A DNA stretch of 64,000 bases from contig OZ024740.1 of assembly GCA_964016885.1 (NCBI GenBank), forward strand, positions 49,786,001 to 49,850,000, given 5' to 3'. The position numbers and the translations under genes were made by a program. Positions 41,939 to 55,708 of this stretch are shown here, piece by piece. How positions within the stretch are numbered: position 1 is the stretch's first letter; every line of letters begins with the position of its first letter. Source of the DNA: Eledone cirrhosa. Its lineage: Eukaryota. The notes beneath the pieces were generated by a model. It was given only the letters and a program-made list of their open reading frames with translations. It was not told the origin of the DNA and did no database searches.

Positions 41939-41982
<44 letters not shown>

Positions 41983-41989
41983 AAGCGAA

Positions 41990-42021
<32 letters not shown>

Positions 42022-42479
42022 AAGAGATATACCTAGAAACATAAGTAGCTCTCTTTGTGTACAAAATACAAAAGTATAAGCGTAGAGGAATTCAGTAGCT
42101 CTGGGTAGAGGTCGATTCCATGTAATGTCAACCGTAGTTGTGTAGACCAGGATAGCCACGCCCTCTAGTAATGACTGAAGTCACTACTCACAACCCCAGT
42201 GTGAAATAGTGTCAGAAATATAGGATAAGAAGACATATCATAATCTTATACTATTTTGAAATACCAAATATGTAAAGAAGGCCTTCGAATAATCTGGAAA
42301 ATTTACGTTTGTAGATTTGGTATTCTTTTATTCATTTCTTTTATTCATGTGTTTGTTTCAATCACCAGACAGGCGCCATATTTCTTTCATTTAGTCGAGT
42401 CGACCATATTGATCCCACTACGTATTGGTTTCAAATCTGGTACTATTACTTTTTGTCGAACCGCTAGTTTACAGAAAAT

Positions 42480-42558
<79 letters not shown>

Positions 42559-42581
42559 CAAATATATATTTATAAATAAAT

Positions 42582-42617
<36 letters not shown>

Positions 42618-42618
<1 letters not shown>

Positions 42619-43158
42619 TACAGAATAGATTTCCAAATAAGGGCGCGAAAATTTAATGAAATCTTGTTCACGTGACAGCCATAATTTCATTTATAACCAA
42701 TCAAATTACGTTTATTAAAAAAAAGCCTTCGCGAGCCCCCTTTTTTTAAAGTAAAAAGAAATTCAAACACTCATTTATGAAAAAACAACCTGTGTCCCCC
42801 CCCCCCTTGTTTGAAGAATTTTGTAACGCGAACTGGCGCGAAATTTATTATAATTATTGACCAACCAATCAAATTACTTCTCTAAAAACCTGGCATTTCG
42901 AGACACTTTTTTCCATATAAAACAAGTAACATTCAGAGACCAACCAGATGTGAGAAAAACCACAGACCCTTCATCTCAACTCTACTTTTGAAAAGCAGAA
43001 GAACTGCGAAACAGGTAAAGGAACCAAATAAATATATACATTTTTTTTTAAATAAGACCCCAGTTGTATTTTCGATTTCATCTATTTTTCTTTATACTTT
43101 CACTCGTGTAGGACACCTCGGTTATTTTTCATTATGTAAAAAAAAACCTCACTTTCTA
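42618..43158 (+). mobile_element. Linear copy of the UUGAAAA-hammerhead repeat family (probable Penelope-type 3' UTR/pLTR)
   Basis: Near-identical to the reverse complement of 24339-24815 and to 25215-25472; (TA)n flanks. Confidence 0.85.
42985..43020 (+). ncRNA. Minimal hammerhead with U3-A8 core
   Basis: ctt-TTGAAAA-gcag-aagaa-ctgc-GAAA-C-ag-GUA-aag; other copies at 9231-9266, 24410-24445 (-), 25303-25335. Confidence 0.65.
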
Positions 43159-43181
43159 ATATATATATATATATGTATATA

Positions 43182-43275
<94 letters not shown>

Positions 43276-43278
<3 letters not shown>

Positions 43279-43419
43279 GTAATAATAATAAAATTGAAGA
43301 CTAAAATCCAAAGAGGGCTCGATAAGGAAAATATATATCAAATATATATTAGTTTCAGAAGATCCCGTTAAGGGTGAAAGCAGCGATTCTTTGCTTAAAC
43401 TTTAATCTGTTATTTTAAT

Positions 43420-43423
<4 letters not shown>
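43276..43423. mobile_element. Mini pLTR derivative of the Naiad-type element with internal inversion
   Basis: 43276-43348 matches 58457-58528 directly; 43349-43423 matches the reverse complement of 58546-58620. Confidence 0.9.
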
Positions 43424-43507
<84 letters not shown>

Positions 43508-43687
43508 ATATATATATGATAACAAAATATCGTTATAGGTAATCCAATTAGAGGTTGTGAATACTTCTTATTATGGATCGTTTTAGCGTACGGCGTTGCT
43601 TCACTCAACAAGAGGTTTACGTAGATGACGAGTTTATGATTTCAATTGTATTCCTATGCAAGTTTATGTTGGAGTAATAAAATTGAA

Positions 43688-46600
43688 AATGCCATGTGCG
43701 TTTTTCACCGCTAGTTGACTCCTTTGCCGCCAGGATAAAACTCGTTGACAACGTAAACTCCATTCCACTTATTCTAGTAGGCTTTTATATTTATATGTGA
43801 GCTGATAGAGTACTGTCTAAGGATTTACAGAAACCCATGAAGCTAGATTTAACACCTTTCTAGTGGGTCCGGGTATGATTTTACATTCATTTAAATTATT
43901 GACGTATTGTTTTATTGATATTTTTTATCTGTTTGGCCCGAATCTTCCTTTATCGATTTTAAATCGTATGGTTGATTGTAGACTTGTTCTATATGTGACG
44001 GTATTTTAACGATAGTTATAGCTCTGATTCATCTGAATTATTGAGCCCTCTGCCGCTCATATCGGATTTCGTTTTTCGTTAACTCGTGCGCCGATTTTTC
44101 GATACTCGATCTTTCTAATATATTTAGCTCTGGACATAGCTATCCACCAGTTAATTTTATTGCTCATATTTTGTCGATTCTATTGAGTGATGAATAGCTT
44201 TTGTTTTATTTTAACATGTCTATTGAGCACTCTAATTCGATATGTGTATTTCCACATTCACTCGAATTATTTTCGCGGATATAGGGGTCATCTCCCTTGT
44301 CTAATGCCATGTGCGTTTTTCACCGCTAGTTGACTCCTTTGCCGCCAGGATAAAACTCGTTGACAACGTAAACTCCATTCCACTTATTCTAGTAGGCTTT
44401 TATATTTATATGTGAGCTGATAGAGTACTGTCTAAGGATTTACAGAAACCCATGAAGCTAGATTTAACACCTTTCTAGTGGGTCCGGGTATGATTTTACA
44501 TTCATTTAAATTATTGACGTATTGTTTTATTGATATTTTTTATCTGTTTGGCCCGAATCTTCCTTTATCGATTTTAAATCGTATGGTTGATTGTAGACTT
44601 GTTCTATATGTGACGGTATTTTAACGATAGTTATAGCTCTGATTCATCTGAATTATTGAGCCCTCTGCCGCTCATATCGGATTTCGTTTTTCGTTAACTC
44701 GTGCGCCGATTTTTCGATACTCGATCTTTCTAATATATTTAGCTCTGGACATAGCTATCCACCAGTTAATTTTATTGCTCATATTTTGTCGATTCTATTG
44801 AGTGATGAATAGCTTTTGTTTTATTTTAACATGTCTATTGAGCACTCTAATTCGATATGTGTATTTCCACATTCACTCGAATTATTTTCGCGGATATAGG
44901 GGTCATCTCCCTTGTCTAATGCCATGTGCGTTTTTCACCGCTAGTTGACTCCTTTGCCGCCAGGATAAAACTCGTTGACAACGTAAACTCCATTCCACTT
45001 ATTCTAGTAGGCTTTTATATTTATATGTGAGCTGATAGAGTACTGTCTAAGGATTTACAGAAACCCATGAAGCTAGATTTAACACCTTTCTAGTGGGTCC
45101 GGGTATGATTTTACATTCATTTAAATTATTGACGTATTGTTTTATTGATATTTTTTATCTGTTTGGCCCGAATCTTCCTTTATCGATTTTAAATCGTATG
45201 GTTGATTGTAGACTTGTTCTATATGTGACGGTATTTTAACGATAGTTATAGCTCTGATTCATCTGAATTATTGAGCCCTCTGCCGCTCATATCGGATTTC
45301 GTTTTTCGTTAACTCGTGCGCCGATTTTTCGATACTCGATCTTTCTAATATATTTAGCTCTGGACATAGCTATCCACCAGTTAATTTTATTGCTCATATT
45401 TTGTCGATTCTATTGAGTGATGAATAGCTTTTGTTTTATTTTAACATGTCTATTGAGCACTCTAATTCGATATGTGTATTTCCACATTCACTCGAATTAT
45501 TTTCGCGGATATAGGGGTCATCTCCCTTGTCTAATGCCATGTGCGTTTTTCACCGCTAGTTGACTCCTTTGCCGCCAGGATAAAACTCGTTGACAACGTA
45601 AACTCCATTCCACTTATTCTAGTAGGCTTTTATATTTATATGTGAGCTGATAGAGTACTGTCTAAGGATTTACAGAAACCCATGAAGCTAGATTTAACAC
45701 CTTTCTAGTGGGTCCGGGTATGATTTTACATTCATTTAAATTATTGACGTATTGTTTTATTGATATTTTTTATCTGTTTGGCCCGAATCTTCCTTTATCG
45801 ATTTTAAATCGTATGGTTGATTGTAGACTTGTTCTATATGTGACGGTATTTTAACGATAGTTATAGCTCTGATTCATCTGAATTATTGAGCCCTCTGCCG
45901 CTCATATCGGATTTCGTTTTTCGTTAACTCGTGCGCCGATTTTTCGATACTCGATCTTTCTAATATATTTAGCTCTGGACATAGCTATCCACCAGTTAAT
46001 TTTATTGCTCATATTTTGTCGATTCTATTGAGTGATGAATAGCTTTTGTTTTATTTTAACATGTCTATTGAGCACTCTAATTCGATATGTGTATTTCCAC
46101 ATTCACTCGAATTATTTTCGCGGATATAGGGGTCATCTCCCTTGTCTAATGCCATGTGCGTTTTTCACCGCTAGTTGACTCCTTTGCCGCCAGGATAAAA
46201 CTCGTTGACAACGTAAACTCCATTCCACTTATTCTAGTAGGCTTTTATATTTATATGTGAGCTGATAGAGTACTGTCTAAGGATTTACAGAAACCCATGA
46301 AGCTAGATTTAACACCTTTCTAGTGGGTCCGGGTATGATTTTACATTCATTTAAATTATTGACGTATTGTTTTATTGATATTTTTTATCTGTTTGGCCCG
46401 AATCTTCCTTTATCGATTTTAAATCGTATGGTTGATTGTAGACTTGTTCTATATGTGACGGTATTTTAACGATAGTTATAGCTCTGATTCATCTGAATTA
46501 TTGAGCCCTCTGCCGCTCATATCGGATTTCGTTTTTCGTTAACTCGTGCGCCGATTTTTCGATACTCGATCTTTCTAATATATTTAGCTCTGGACATAGC

Positions 46601-49600
46601 TATCCACCAGTTAATTTTATTGCTCATATTTTGTCGATTCTATTGAGTGATGAATAGCTTTTGTTTTATTTTAACATGTCTATTGAGCACTCTAATTCGA
46701 TATGTGTATTTCCACATTCACTCGAATTATTTTCGCGGATATAGGGGTCATCTCCCTTGTCTAATGCCATGTGCGTTTTTCACCGCTAGTTGACTCCTTT
46801 GCCGCCAGGATAAAACTCGTTGACAACGTAAACTCCATTCCACTTATTCTAGTAGGCTTTTATATTTATATGTGAGCTGATAGAGTACTGTCTAAGGATT
46901 TACAGAAACCCATGAAGCTAGATTTAACACCTTTCTAGTGGGTCCGGGTATGATTTTACATTCATTTAAATTATTGACGTATTGTTTTATTGATATTTTT
47001 TATCTGTTTGGCCCGAATCTTCCTTTATCGATTTTAAATCGTATGGTTGATTGTAGACTTGTTCTATATGTGACGGTATTTTAACGATAGTTATAGCTCT
47101 GATTCATCTGAATTATTGAGCCCTCTGCCGCTCATATCGGATTTCGTTTTTCGTTAACTCGTGCGCCGATTTTTCGATACTCGATCTTTCTAATATATTT
47201 AGCTCTGGACATAGCTATCCACCAGTTAATTTTATTGCTCATATTTTGTCGATTCTATTGAGTGATGAATAGCTTTTGTTTTATTTTAACATGTCTATTG
47301 AGCACTCTAATTCGATATGTGTATTTCCACATTCACTCGAATTATTTTCGCGGATATAGGGGTCATCTCCCTTGTCTAATGCCATGTGCGTTTTTCACCG
47401 CTAGTTGACTCCTTTGCCGCCAGGATAAAACTCGTTGACAACGTAAACTCCATTCCACTTATTCTAGTAGGCTTTTATATTTATATGTGAGCTGATAGAG
47501 TACTGTCTAAGGATTTACAGAAACCCATGAAGCTAGATTTAACACCTTTCTAGTGGGTCCGGGTATGATTTTACATTCATTTAAATTATTGACGTATTGT
47601 TTTATTGATATTTTTTATCTGTTTGGCCCGAATCTTCCTTTATCGATTTTAAATCGTATGGTTGATTGTAGACTTGTTCTATATGTGACGGTATTTTAAC
47701 GATAGTTATAGCTCTGATTCATCTGAATTATTGAGCCCTCTGCCGCTCATATCGGATTTCGTTTTTCGTTAACTCGTGCGCCGATTTTTCGATACTCGAT
47801 CTTTCTAATATATTTAGCTCTGGACATAGCTATCCACCAGTTAATTTTATTGCTCATATTTTGTCGATTCTATTGAGTGATGAATAGCTTTTGTTTTATT
47901 TTAACATGTCTATTGAGCACTCTAATTCGATATGTGTATTTCCACATTCACTCGAATTATTTTCGCGGATATAGGGGTCATCTCCCTTGTCTAATGCCAT
48001 GTGCGTTTTTCACCGCTAGTTGACTCCTTTGCCGCCAGGATAAAACTCGTTGACAACGTAAACTCCATTCCACTTATTCTAGTAGGCTTTTATATTTATA
48101 TGTGAGCTGATAGAGTACTGTCTAAGGATTTACAGAAACCCATGAAGCTAGATTTAACACCTTTCTAGTGGGTCCGGGTATGATTTTACATTCATTTAAA
48201 TTATTGACGTATTGTTTTATTGATATTTTTTATCTGTTTGGCCCGAATCTTCCTTTATCGATTTTAAATCGTATGGTTGATTGTAGACTTGTTCTATATG
48301 TGACGGTATTTTAACGATAGTTATAGCTCTGATTCATCTGAATTATTGAGCCCTCTGCCGCTCATATCGGATTTCGTTTTTCGTTAACTCGTGCGCCGAT
48401 TTTTCGATACTCGATCTTTCTAATATATTTAGCTCTGGACATAGCTATCCACCAGTTAATTTTATTGCTCATATTTTGTCGATTCTATTGAGTGATGAAT
48501 AGCTTTTGTTTTATTTTAACATGTCTATTGAGCACTCTAATTCGATATGTGTATTTCCACATTCACTCGAATTATTTTCGCGGATATAGGGGTCATCTCC
48601 CTTGTCTAATGCCATGTGCGTTTTTCACCGCTAGTTGACTCCTTTGCCGCCAGGATAAAACTCGTTGACAACGTAAACTCCATTCCACTTATTCTAGTAG
48701 GCTTTTATATTTATATGTGAGCTGATAGAGTACTGTCTAAGGATTTACAGAAACCCATGAAGCTAGATTTAACACCTTTCTAGTGGGTCCGGGTATGATT
48801 TTACATTCATTTAAATTATTGACGTATTGTTTTATTGATATTTTTTATCTGTTTGGCCCGAATCTTCCTTTATCGATTTTAAATCGTATGGTTGATTGTA
48901 GACTTGTTCTATATGTGACGGTATTTTAACGATAGTTATAGCTCTGATTCATCTGAATTATTGAGCCCTCTGCCGCTCATATCGGATTTCGTTTTTCGTT
49001 AACTCGTGCGCCGATTTTTCGATACTCGATCTTTCTAATATATTTAGCTCTGGACATAGCTATCCACCAGTTAATTTTATTGCTCATATTTTGTCGATTC
49101 TATTGAGTGATGAATAGCTTTTGTTTTATTTTAACATGTCTATTGAGCACTCTAATTCGATATGTGTATTTCCACATTCACTCGAATTATTTTCGCGGAT
49201 ATAGGGGTCATCTCCCTTGTCTAATGCCATGTGCGTTTTTCACCGCTAGTTGACTCCTTTGCCGCCAGGATAAAACTCGTTGACAACGTAAACTCCATTC
49301 CACTTATTCTAGTAGGCTTTTATATTTATATGTGAGCTGATAGAGTACTGTCTAAGGATTTACAGAAACCCATGAAGCTAGATTTAACACCTTTCTAGTG
49401 GGTCCGGGTATGATTTTACATTCATTTAAATTATTGACGTATTGTTTTATTGATATTTTTTATCTGTTTGGCCCGAATCTTCCTTTATCGATTTTAAATC
49501 GTATGGTTGATTGTAGACTTGTTCTATATGTGACGGTATTTTAACGATAGTTATAGCTCTGATTCATCTGAATTATTGAGCCCTCTGCCGCTCATATCGG

Positions 49601-52600
49601 ATTTCGTTTTTCGTTAACTCGTGCGCCGATTTTTCGATACTCGATCTTTCTAATATATTTAGCTCTGGACATAGCTATCCACCAGTTAATTTTATTGCTC
49701 ATATTTTGTCGATTCTATTGAGTGATGAATAGCTTTTGTTTTATTTTAACATGTCTATTGAGCACTCTAATTCGATATGTGTATTTCCACATTCACTCGA
49801 ATTATTTTCGCGGATATAGGGGTCATCTCCCTTGTCTAATGCCATGTGCGTTTTTCACCGCTAGTTGACTCCTTTGCCGCCAGGATAAAACTCGTTGACA
49901 ACGTAAACTCCATTCCACTTATTCTAGTAGGCTTTTATATTTATATGTGAGCTGATAGAGTACTGTCTAAGGATTTACAGAAACCCATGAAGCTAGATTT
50001 AACACCTTTCTAGTGGGTCCGGGTATGATTTTACATTCATTTAAATTATTGACGTATTGTTTTATTGATATTTTTTATCTGTTTGGCCCGAATCTTCCTT
50101 TATCGATTTTAAATCGTATGGTTGATTGTAGACTTGTTCTATATGTGACGGTATTTTAACGATAGTTATAGCTCTGATTCATCTGAATTATTGAGCCCTC
50201 TGCCGCTCATATCGGATTTCGTTTTTCGTTAACTCGTGCGCCGATTTTTCGATACTCGATCTTTCTAATATATTTAGCTCTGGACATAGCTATCCACCAG
50301 TTAATTTTATTGCTCATATTTTGTCGATTCTATTGAGTGATGAATAGCTTTTGTTTTATTTTAACATGTCTATTGAGCACTCTAATTCGATATGTGTATT
50401 TCCACATTCACTCGAATTATTTTCGCGGATATAGGGGTCATCTCCCTTGTCTAATGCCATGTGCGTTTTTCACCGCTAGTTGACTCCTTTGCCGCCAGGA
50501 TAAAACTCGTTGACAACGTAAACTCCATTCCACTTATTCTAGTAGGCTTTTATATTTATATGTGAGCTGATAGAGTACTGTCTAAGGATTTACAGAAACC
50601 CATGAAGCTAGATTTAACACCTTTCTAGTGGGTCCGGGTATGATTTTACATTCATTTAAATTATTGACGTATTGTTTTATTGATATTTTTTATCTGTTTG
50701 GCCCGAATCTTCCTTTATCGATTTTAAATCGTATGGTTGATTGTAGACTTGTTCTATATGTGACGGTATTTTAACGATAGTTATAGCTCTGATTCATCTG
50801 AATTATTGAGCCCTCTGCCGCTCATATCGGATTTCGTTTTTCGTTAACTCGTGCGCCGATTTTTCGATACTCGATCTTTCTAATATATTTAGCTCTGGAC
50901 ATAGCTATCCACCAGTTAATTTTATTGCTCATATTTTGTCGATTCTATTGAGTGATGAATAGCTTTTGTTTTATTTTAACATGTCTATTGAGCACTCTAA
51001 TTCGATATGTGTATTTCCACATTCACTCGAATTATTTTCGCGGATATAGGGGTCATCTCCCTTGTCTAATGCCATGTGCGTTTTTCACCGCTAGTTGACT
51101 CCTTTGCCGCCAGGATAAAACTCGTTGACAACGTAAACTCCATTCCACTTATTCTAGTAGGCTTTTATATTTATATGTGAGCTGATAGAGTACTGTCTAA
51201 GGATTTACAGAAACCCATGAAGCTAGATTTAACACCTTTCTAGTGGGTCCGGGTATGATTTTACATTCATTTAAATTATTGACGTATTGTTTTATTGATA
51301 TTTTTTATCTGTTTGGCCCGAATCTTCCTTTATCGATTTTAAATCGTATGGTTGATTGTAGACTTGTTCTATATGTGACGGTATTTTAACGATAGTTATA
51401 GCTCTGATTCATCTGAATTATTGAGCCCTCTGCCGCTCATATCGGATTTCGTTTTTCGTTAACTCGTGCGCCGATTTTTCGATACTCGATCTTTCTAATA
51501 TATTTAGCTCTGGACATAGCTATCCACCAGTTAATTTTATTGCTCATATTTTGTCGATTCTATTGAGTGATGAATAGCTTTTGTTTTATTTTAACATGTC
51601 TATTGAGCACTCTAATTCGATATGTGTATTTCCACATTCACTCGAATTATTTTCGCGGATATAGGGGTCATCTCCCTTGTCTAATGCCATGTGCGTTTTT
51701 CACCGCTAGTTGACTCCTTTGCCGCCAGGATAAAACTCGTTGACAACGTAAACTCCATTCCACTTATTCTAGTAGGCTTTTATATTTATATGTGAGCTGA
51801 TAGAGTACTGTCTAAGGATTTACAGAAACCCATGAAGCTAGATTTAACACCTTTCTAGTGGGTCCGGGTATGATTTTACATTCATTTAAATTATTGACGT
51901 ATTGTTTTATTGATATTTTTTATCTGTTTGGCCCGAATCTTCCTTTATCGATTTTAAATCGTATGGTTGATTGTAGACTTGTTCTATATGTGACGGTATT
52001 TTAACGATAGTTATAGCTCTGATTCATCTGAATTATTGAGCCCTCTGCCGCTCATATCGGATTTCGTTTTTCGTTAACTCGTGCGCCGATTTTTCGATAC
52101 TCGATCTTTCTAATATATTTAGCTCTGGACATAGCTATCCACCAGTTAATTTTATTGCTCATATTTTGTCGATTCTATTGAGTGATGAATAGCTTTTGTT
52201 TTATTTTAACATGTCTATTGAGCACTCTAATTCGATATGTGTATTTCCACATTCACTCGAATTATTTTCGCGGATATAGGGGTCATCTCCCTTGTCTAAT
52301 GCCATGTGCGTTTTTCACCGCTAGTTGACTCCTTTGCCGCCAGGATAAAACTCGTTGACAACGTAAACTCCATTCCACTTATTCTAGTAGGCTTTTATAT
52401 TTATATGTGAGCTGATAGAGTACTGTCTAAGGATTTACAGAAACCCATGAAGCTAGATTTAACACCTTTCTAGTGGGTCCGGGTATGATTTTACATTCAT
52501 TTAAATTATTGACGTATTGTTTTATTGATATTTTTTATCTGTTTGGCCCGAATCTTCCTTTATCGATTTTAAATCGTATGGTTGATTGTAGACTTGTTCT

Positions 52601-55181
52601 ATATGTGACGGTATTTTAACGATAGTTATAGCTCTGATTCATCTGAATTATTGAGCCCTCTGCCGCTCATATCGGATTTCGTTTTTCGTTAACTCGTGCG
52701 CCGATTTTTCGATACTCGATCTTTCTAATATATTTAGCTCTGGACATAGCTATCCACCAGTTAATTTTATTGCTCATATTTTGTCGATTCTATTGAGTGA
52801 TGAATAGCTTTTGTTTTATTTTAACATGTCTATTGAGCACTCTAATTCGATATGTGTATTTCCACATTCACTCGAATTATTTTCGCGGATATAGGGGTCA
52901 TCTCCCTTGTCTAATGCCATGTGCGTTTTTCACCGCTAGTTGACTCCTTTGCCGCCAGGATAAAACTCGTTGACAACGTAAACTCCATTCCACTTATTCT
53001 AGTAGGCTTTTATATTTATATGTGAGCTGATAGAGTACTGTCTAAGGATTTACAGAAACCCATGAAGCTAGATTTAACACCTTTCTAGTGGGTCCGGGTA
53101 TGATTTTACATTCATTTAAATTATTGACGTATTGTTTTATTGATATTTTTTATCTGTTTGGCCCGAATCTTCCTTTATCGATTTTAAATCGTATGGTTGA
53201 TTGTAGACTTGTTCTATATGTGACGGTATTTTAACGATAGTTATAGCTCTGATTCATCTGAATTATTGAGCCCTCTGCCGCTCATATCGGATTTCGTTTT
53301 TCGTTAACTCGTGCGCCGATTTTTCGATACTCGATCTTTCTAATATATTTAGCTCTGGACATAGCTATCCACCAGTTAATTTTATTGCTCATATTTTGTC
53401 GATTCTATTGAGTGATGAATAGCTTTTGTTTTATTTTAACATGTCTATTGAGCACTCTAATTCGATATGTGTATTTCCACATTCACTCGAATTATTTTCG
53501 CGGATATAGGGGTCATCTCCCTTGTCTAATGCCATGTGCGTTTTTCACCGCTAGTTGACTCCTTTGCCGCCAGGATAAAACTCGTTGACAACGTAAACTC
53601 CATTCCACTTATTCTAGTAGGCTTTTATATTTATATGTGAGCTGATAGAGTACTGTCTAAGGATTTACAGAAACCCATGAAGCTAGATTTAACACCTTTC
53701 TAGTGGGTCCGGGTATGATTTTACATTCATTTAAATTATTGACGTATTGTTTTATTGATATTTTTTATCTGTTTGGCCCGAATCTTCCTTTATCGATTTT
53801 AAATCGTATGGTTGATTGTAGACTTGTTCTATATGTGACGGTATTTTAACGATAGTTATAGCTCTGATTCATCTGAATTATTGAGCCCTCTGCCGCTCAT
53901 ATCGGATTTCGTTTTTCGTTAACTCGTGCGCCGATTTTTCGATACTCGATCTTTCTAATATATTTAGCTCTGGACATAGCTATCCACCAGTTAATTTTAT
54001 TGCTCATATTTTGTCGATTCTATTGAGTGATGAATAGCTTTTGTTTTATTTTAACATGTCTATTGAGCACTCTAATTCGATATGTGTATTTCCACATTCA
54101 CTCGAATTATTTTCGCGGATATAGGGGTCATCTCCCTTGTCTAATGCCATGTGCGTTTTTCACCGCTAGTTGACTCCTTTGCCGCCAGGATAAAACTCGT
54201 TGACAACGTAAACTCCATTCCACTTATTCTAGTAGGCTTTTATATTTATATGTGAGCTGATAGAGTACTGTCTAAGGATTTACAGAAACCCATGAAGCTA
54301 GATTTAACACCTTTCTAGTGGGTCCGGGTATGATTTTACATTCATTTAAATTATTGACGTATTGTTTTATTGATATTTTTTATCTGTTTGGCCCGAATCT
54401 TCCTTTATCGATTTTAAATCGTATGGTTGATTGTAGACTTGTTCTATATGTGACGGTATTTTAACGATAGTTATAGCTCTGATTCATCTGAATTATTGAG
54501 CCCTCTGCCGCTCATATCGGATTTCGTTTTTCGTTAACTCGTGCGCCGATTTTTCGATACTCGATCTTTCTAATATATTTAGCTCTGGACATAGCTATCC
54601 ACCAGTTAATTTTATTGCTCATATTTTGTCGATTCTATTGAGTGATGAATAGCTTTTGTTTTATTTTAACATGTCTATTGAGCACTCTAATTCGATATGT
54701 GTATTTCCACATTCACTCGAATTATTTTCGCGGATATAGGGGTCATCTCCCTTGTCTAATGCCATGTGCGTTTTTCACCGCTAGTTGACTCCTTTGCCGC
54801 CAGGATAAAACTCGTTGACAACGTAAACTCCATTCCACTTATTCTAGTAGGCTTTTATATTTATATGTGAGCTGATAGAGTACTGTCTAAGGATTTACAG
54901 AAACCCATGAAGCTAGATTTAACACCTTTCTAGTGGGTCCGGGTATGATTTTACATTCATTTAAATTATTGACGTATTGTTTTATTGATATTTTTTATCT
55001 GTTTGGCCCGAATCTTCCTTTATCGATTTTAAATCGTATGGTTGATTGTAGACTTGTTCTATATGTGACGGTATTTTAACGATAGTTATAGCTCTGATTC
55101 ATCTGAATTATTGAGCCCTCTGCCGCTCATATCGGATTTCGTTTTTCGTTAACTCGTGCGCCGATTTTTCGATACTCGATC

Positions 55182-55193
<12 letters not shown>
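43688..55193. repeat. Tandem array of a 615-bp unit, 18.7 copies
   Basis: Units start at 43688+615n (44303 ... 54758); no differences seen by eye; no ORF >=60 aa in the track; last copy ends in (TA)n. Confidence 0.99.
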
Positions 55194-55233
<40 letters not shown>

Positions 55234-55431
55234 ATAATAATAAATTTGAAGACTAAAATCCAAAGAGGGCTAGATAAGGATAAATATATATCAAATATAT
55301 AAAGTTTAAGCAAAGAATCGCTGCTTTCACCCTTAACGGGATCTTCTGAAACTAACAAAGTCAATCTGTAAACGCAGAACTGGATATTTCAAAAAACGTT
55401 GCAACCGGAGGAAGACAGGAAGACGATACTT

Positions 55432-55708
55432 TGGTTCGTGGAAACGTTCGCTGGCAAAGAACGGGAAAAAACGAATATAATACGTCATTAATAGGAGCGG
55501 TGAAAAACAATTACGCGCAAAGACAGAACCACGTTTATGGTATAAAAGAGGTCGTAGACTAATGTTCTCTTAGGTGGTTCATAGAGACGTTCTCTGGCAA
55601 TGAACGAAAAAAACGAAGATAATACGTCATATGTGGAGCATGGAGAAAAATAGCACGCAAAGACAAAACCACGTAAATGGTATAGCAGAAGTCGTAGACT
55701 AAAATTCT
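55432..55708. repeat. Diverged 143-bp tandem duplication in the element 3' UTR
   Basis: TGGTTC..ACGTTC.CTGGCAA..ATAATACGTCAT..CGCAAAGACA.AACCACG..GTCGTAGACTAA at 55432 and 55575. Confidence 0.85.

Noticed and set aside
43688-44302. 615 bp is a multiple of 3, suggesting a coding repeat; or a reverse-transcribed intron lariat
   Set aside because: The ORF track has nothing >=60 aa here and the frames I translated stop early; the unit junction lacks the branch-A/GT signature in the orientation required
55497-55508. Short AGCGGTGAAAAAC match between the PLE UTR and the minus strand of the 615-bp unit
   Set aside because: It does not extend and is expected by chance at this window size, so it gives no evidence that the unit derives from the adjacent element
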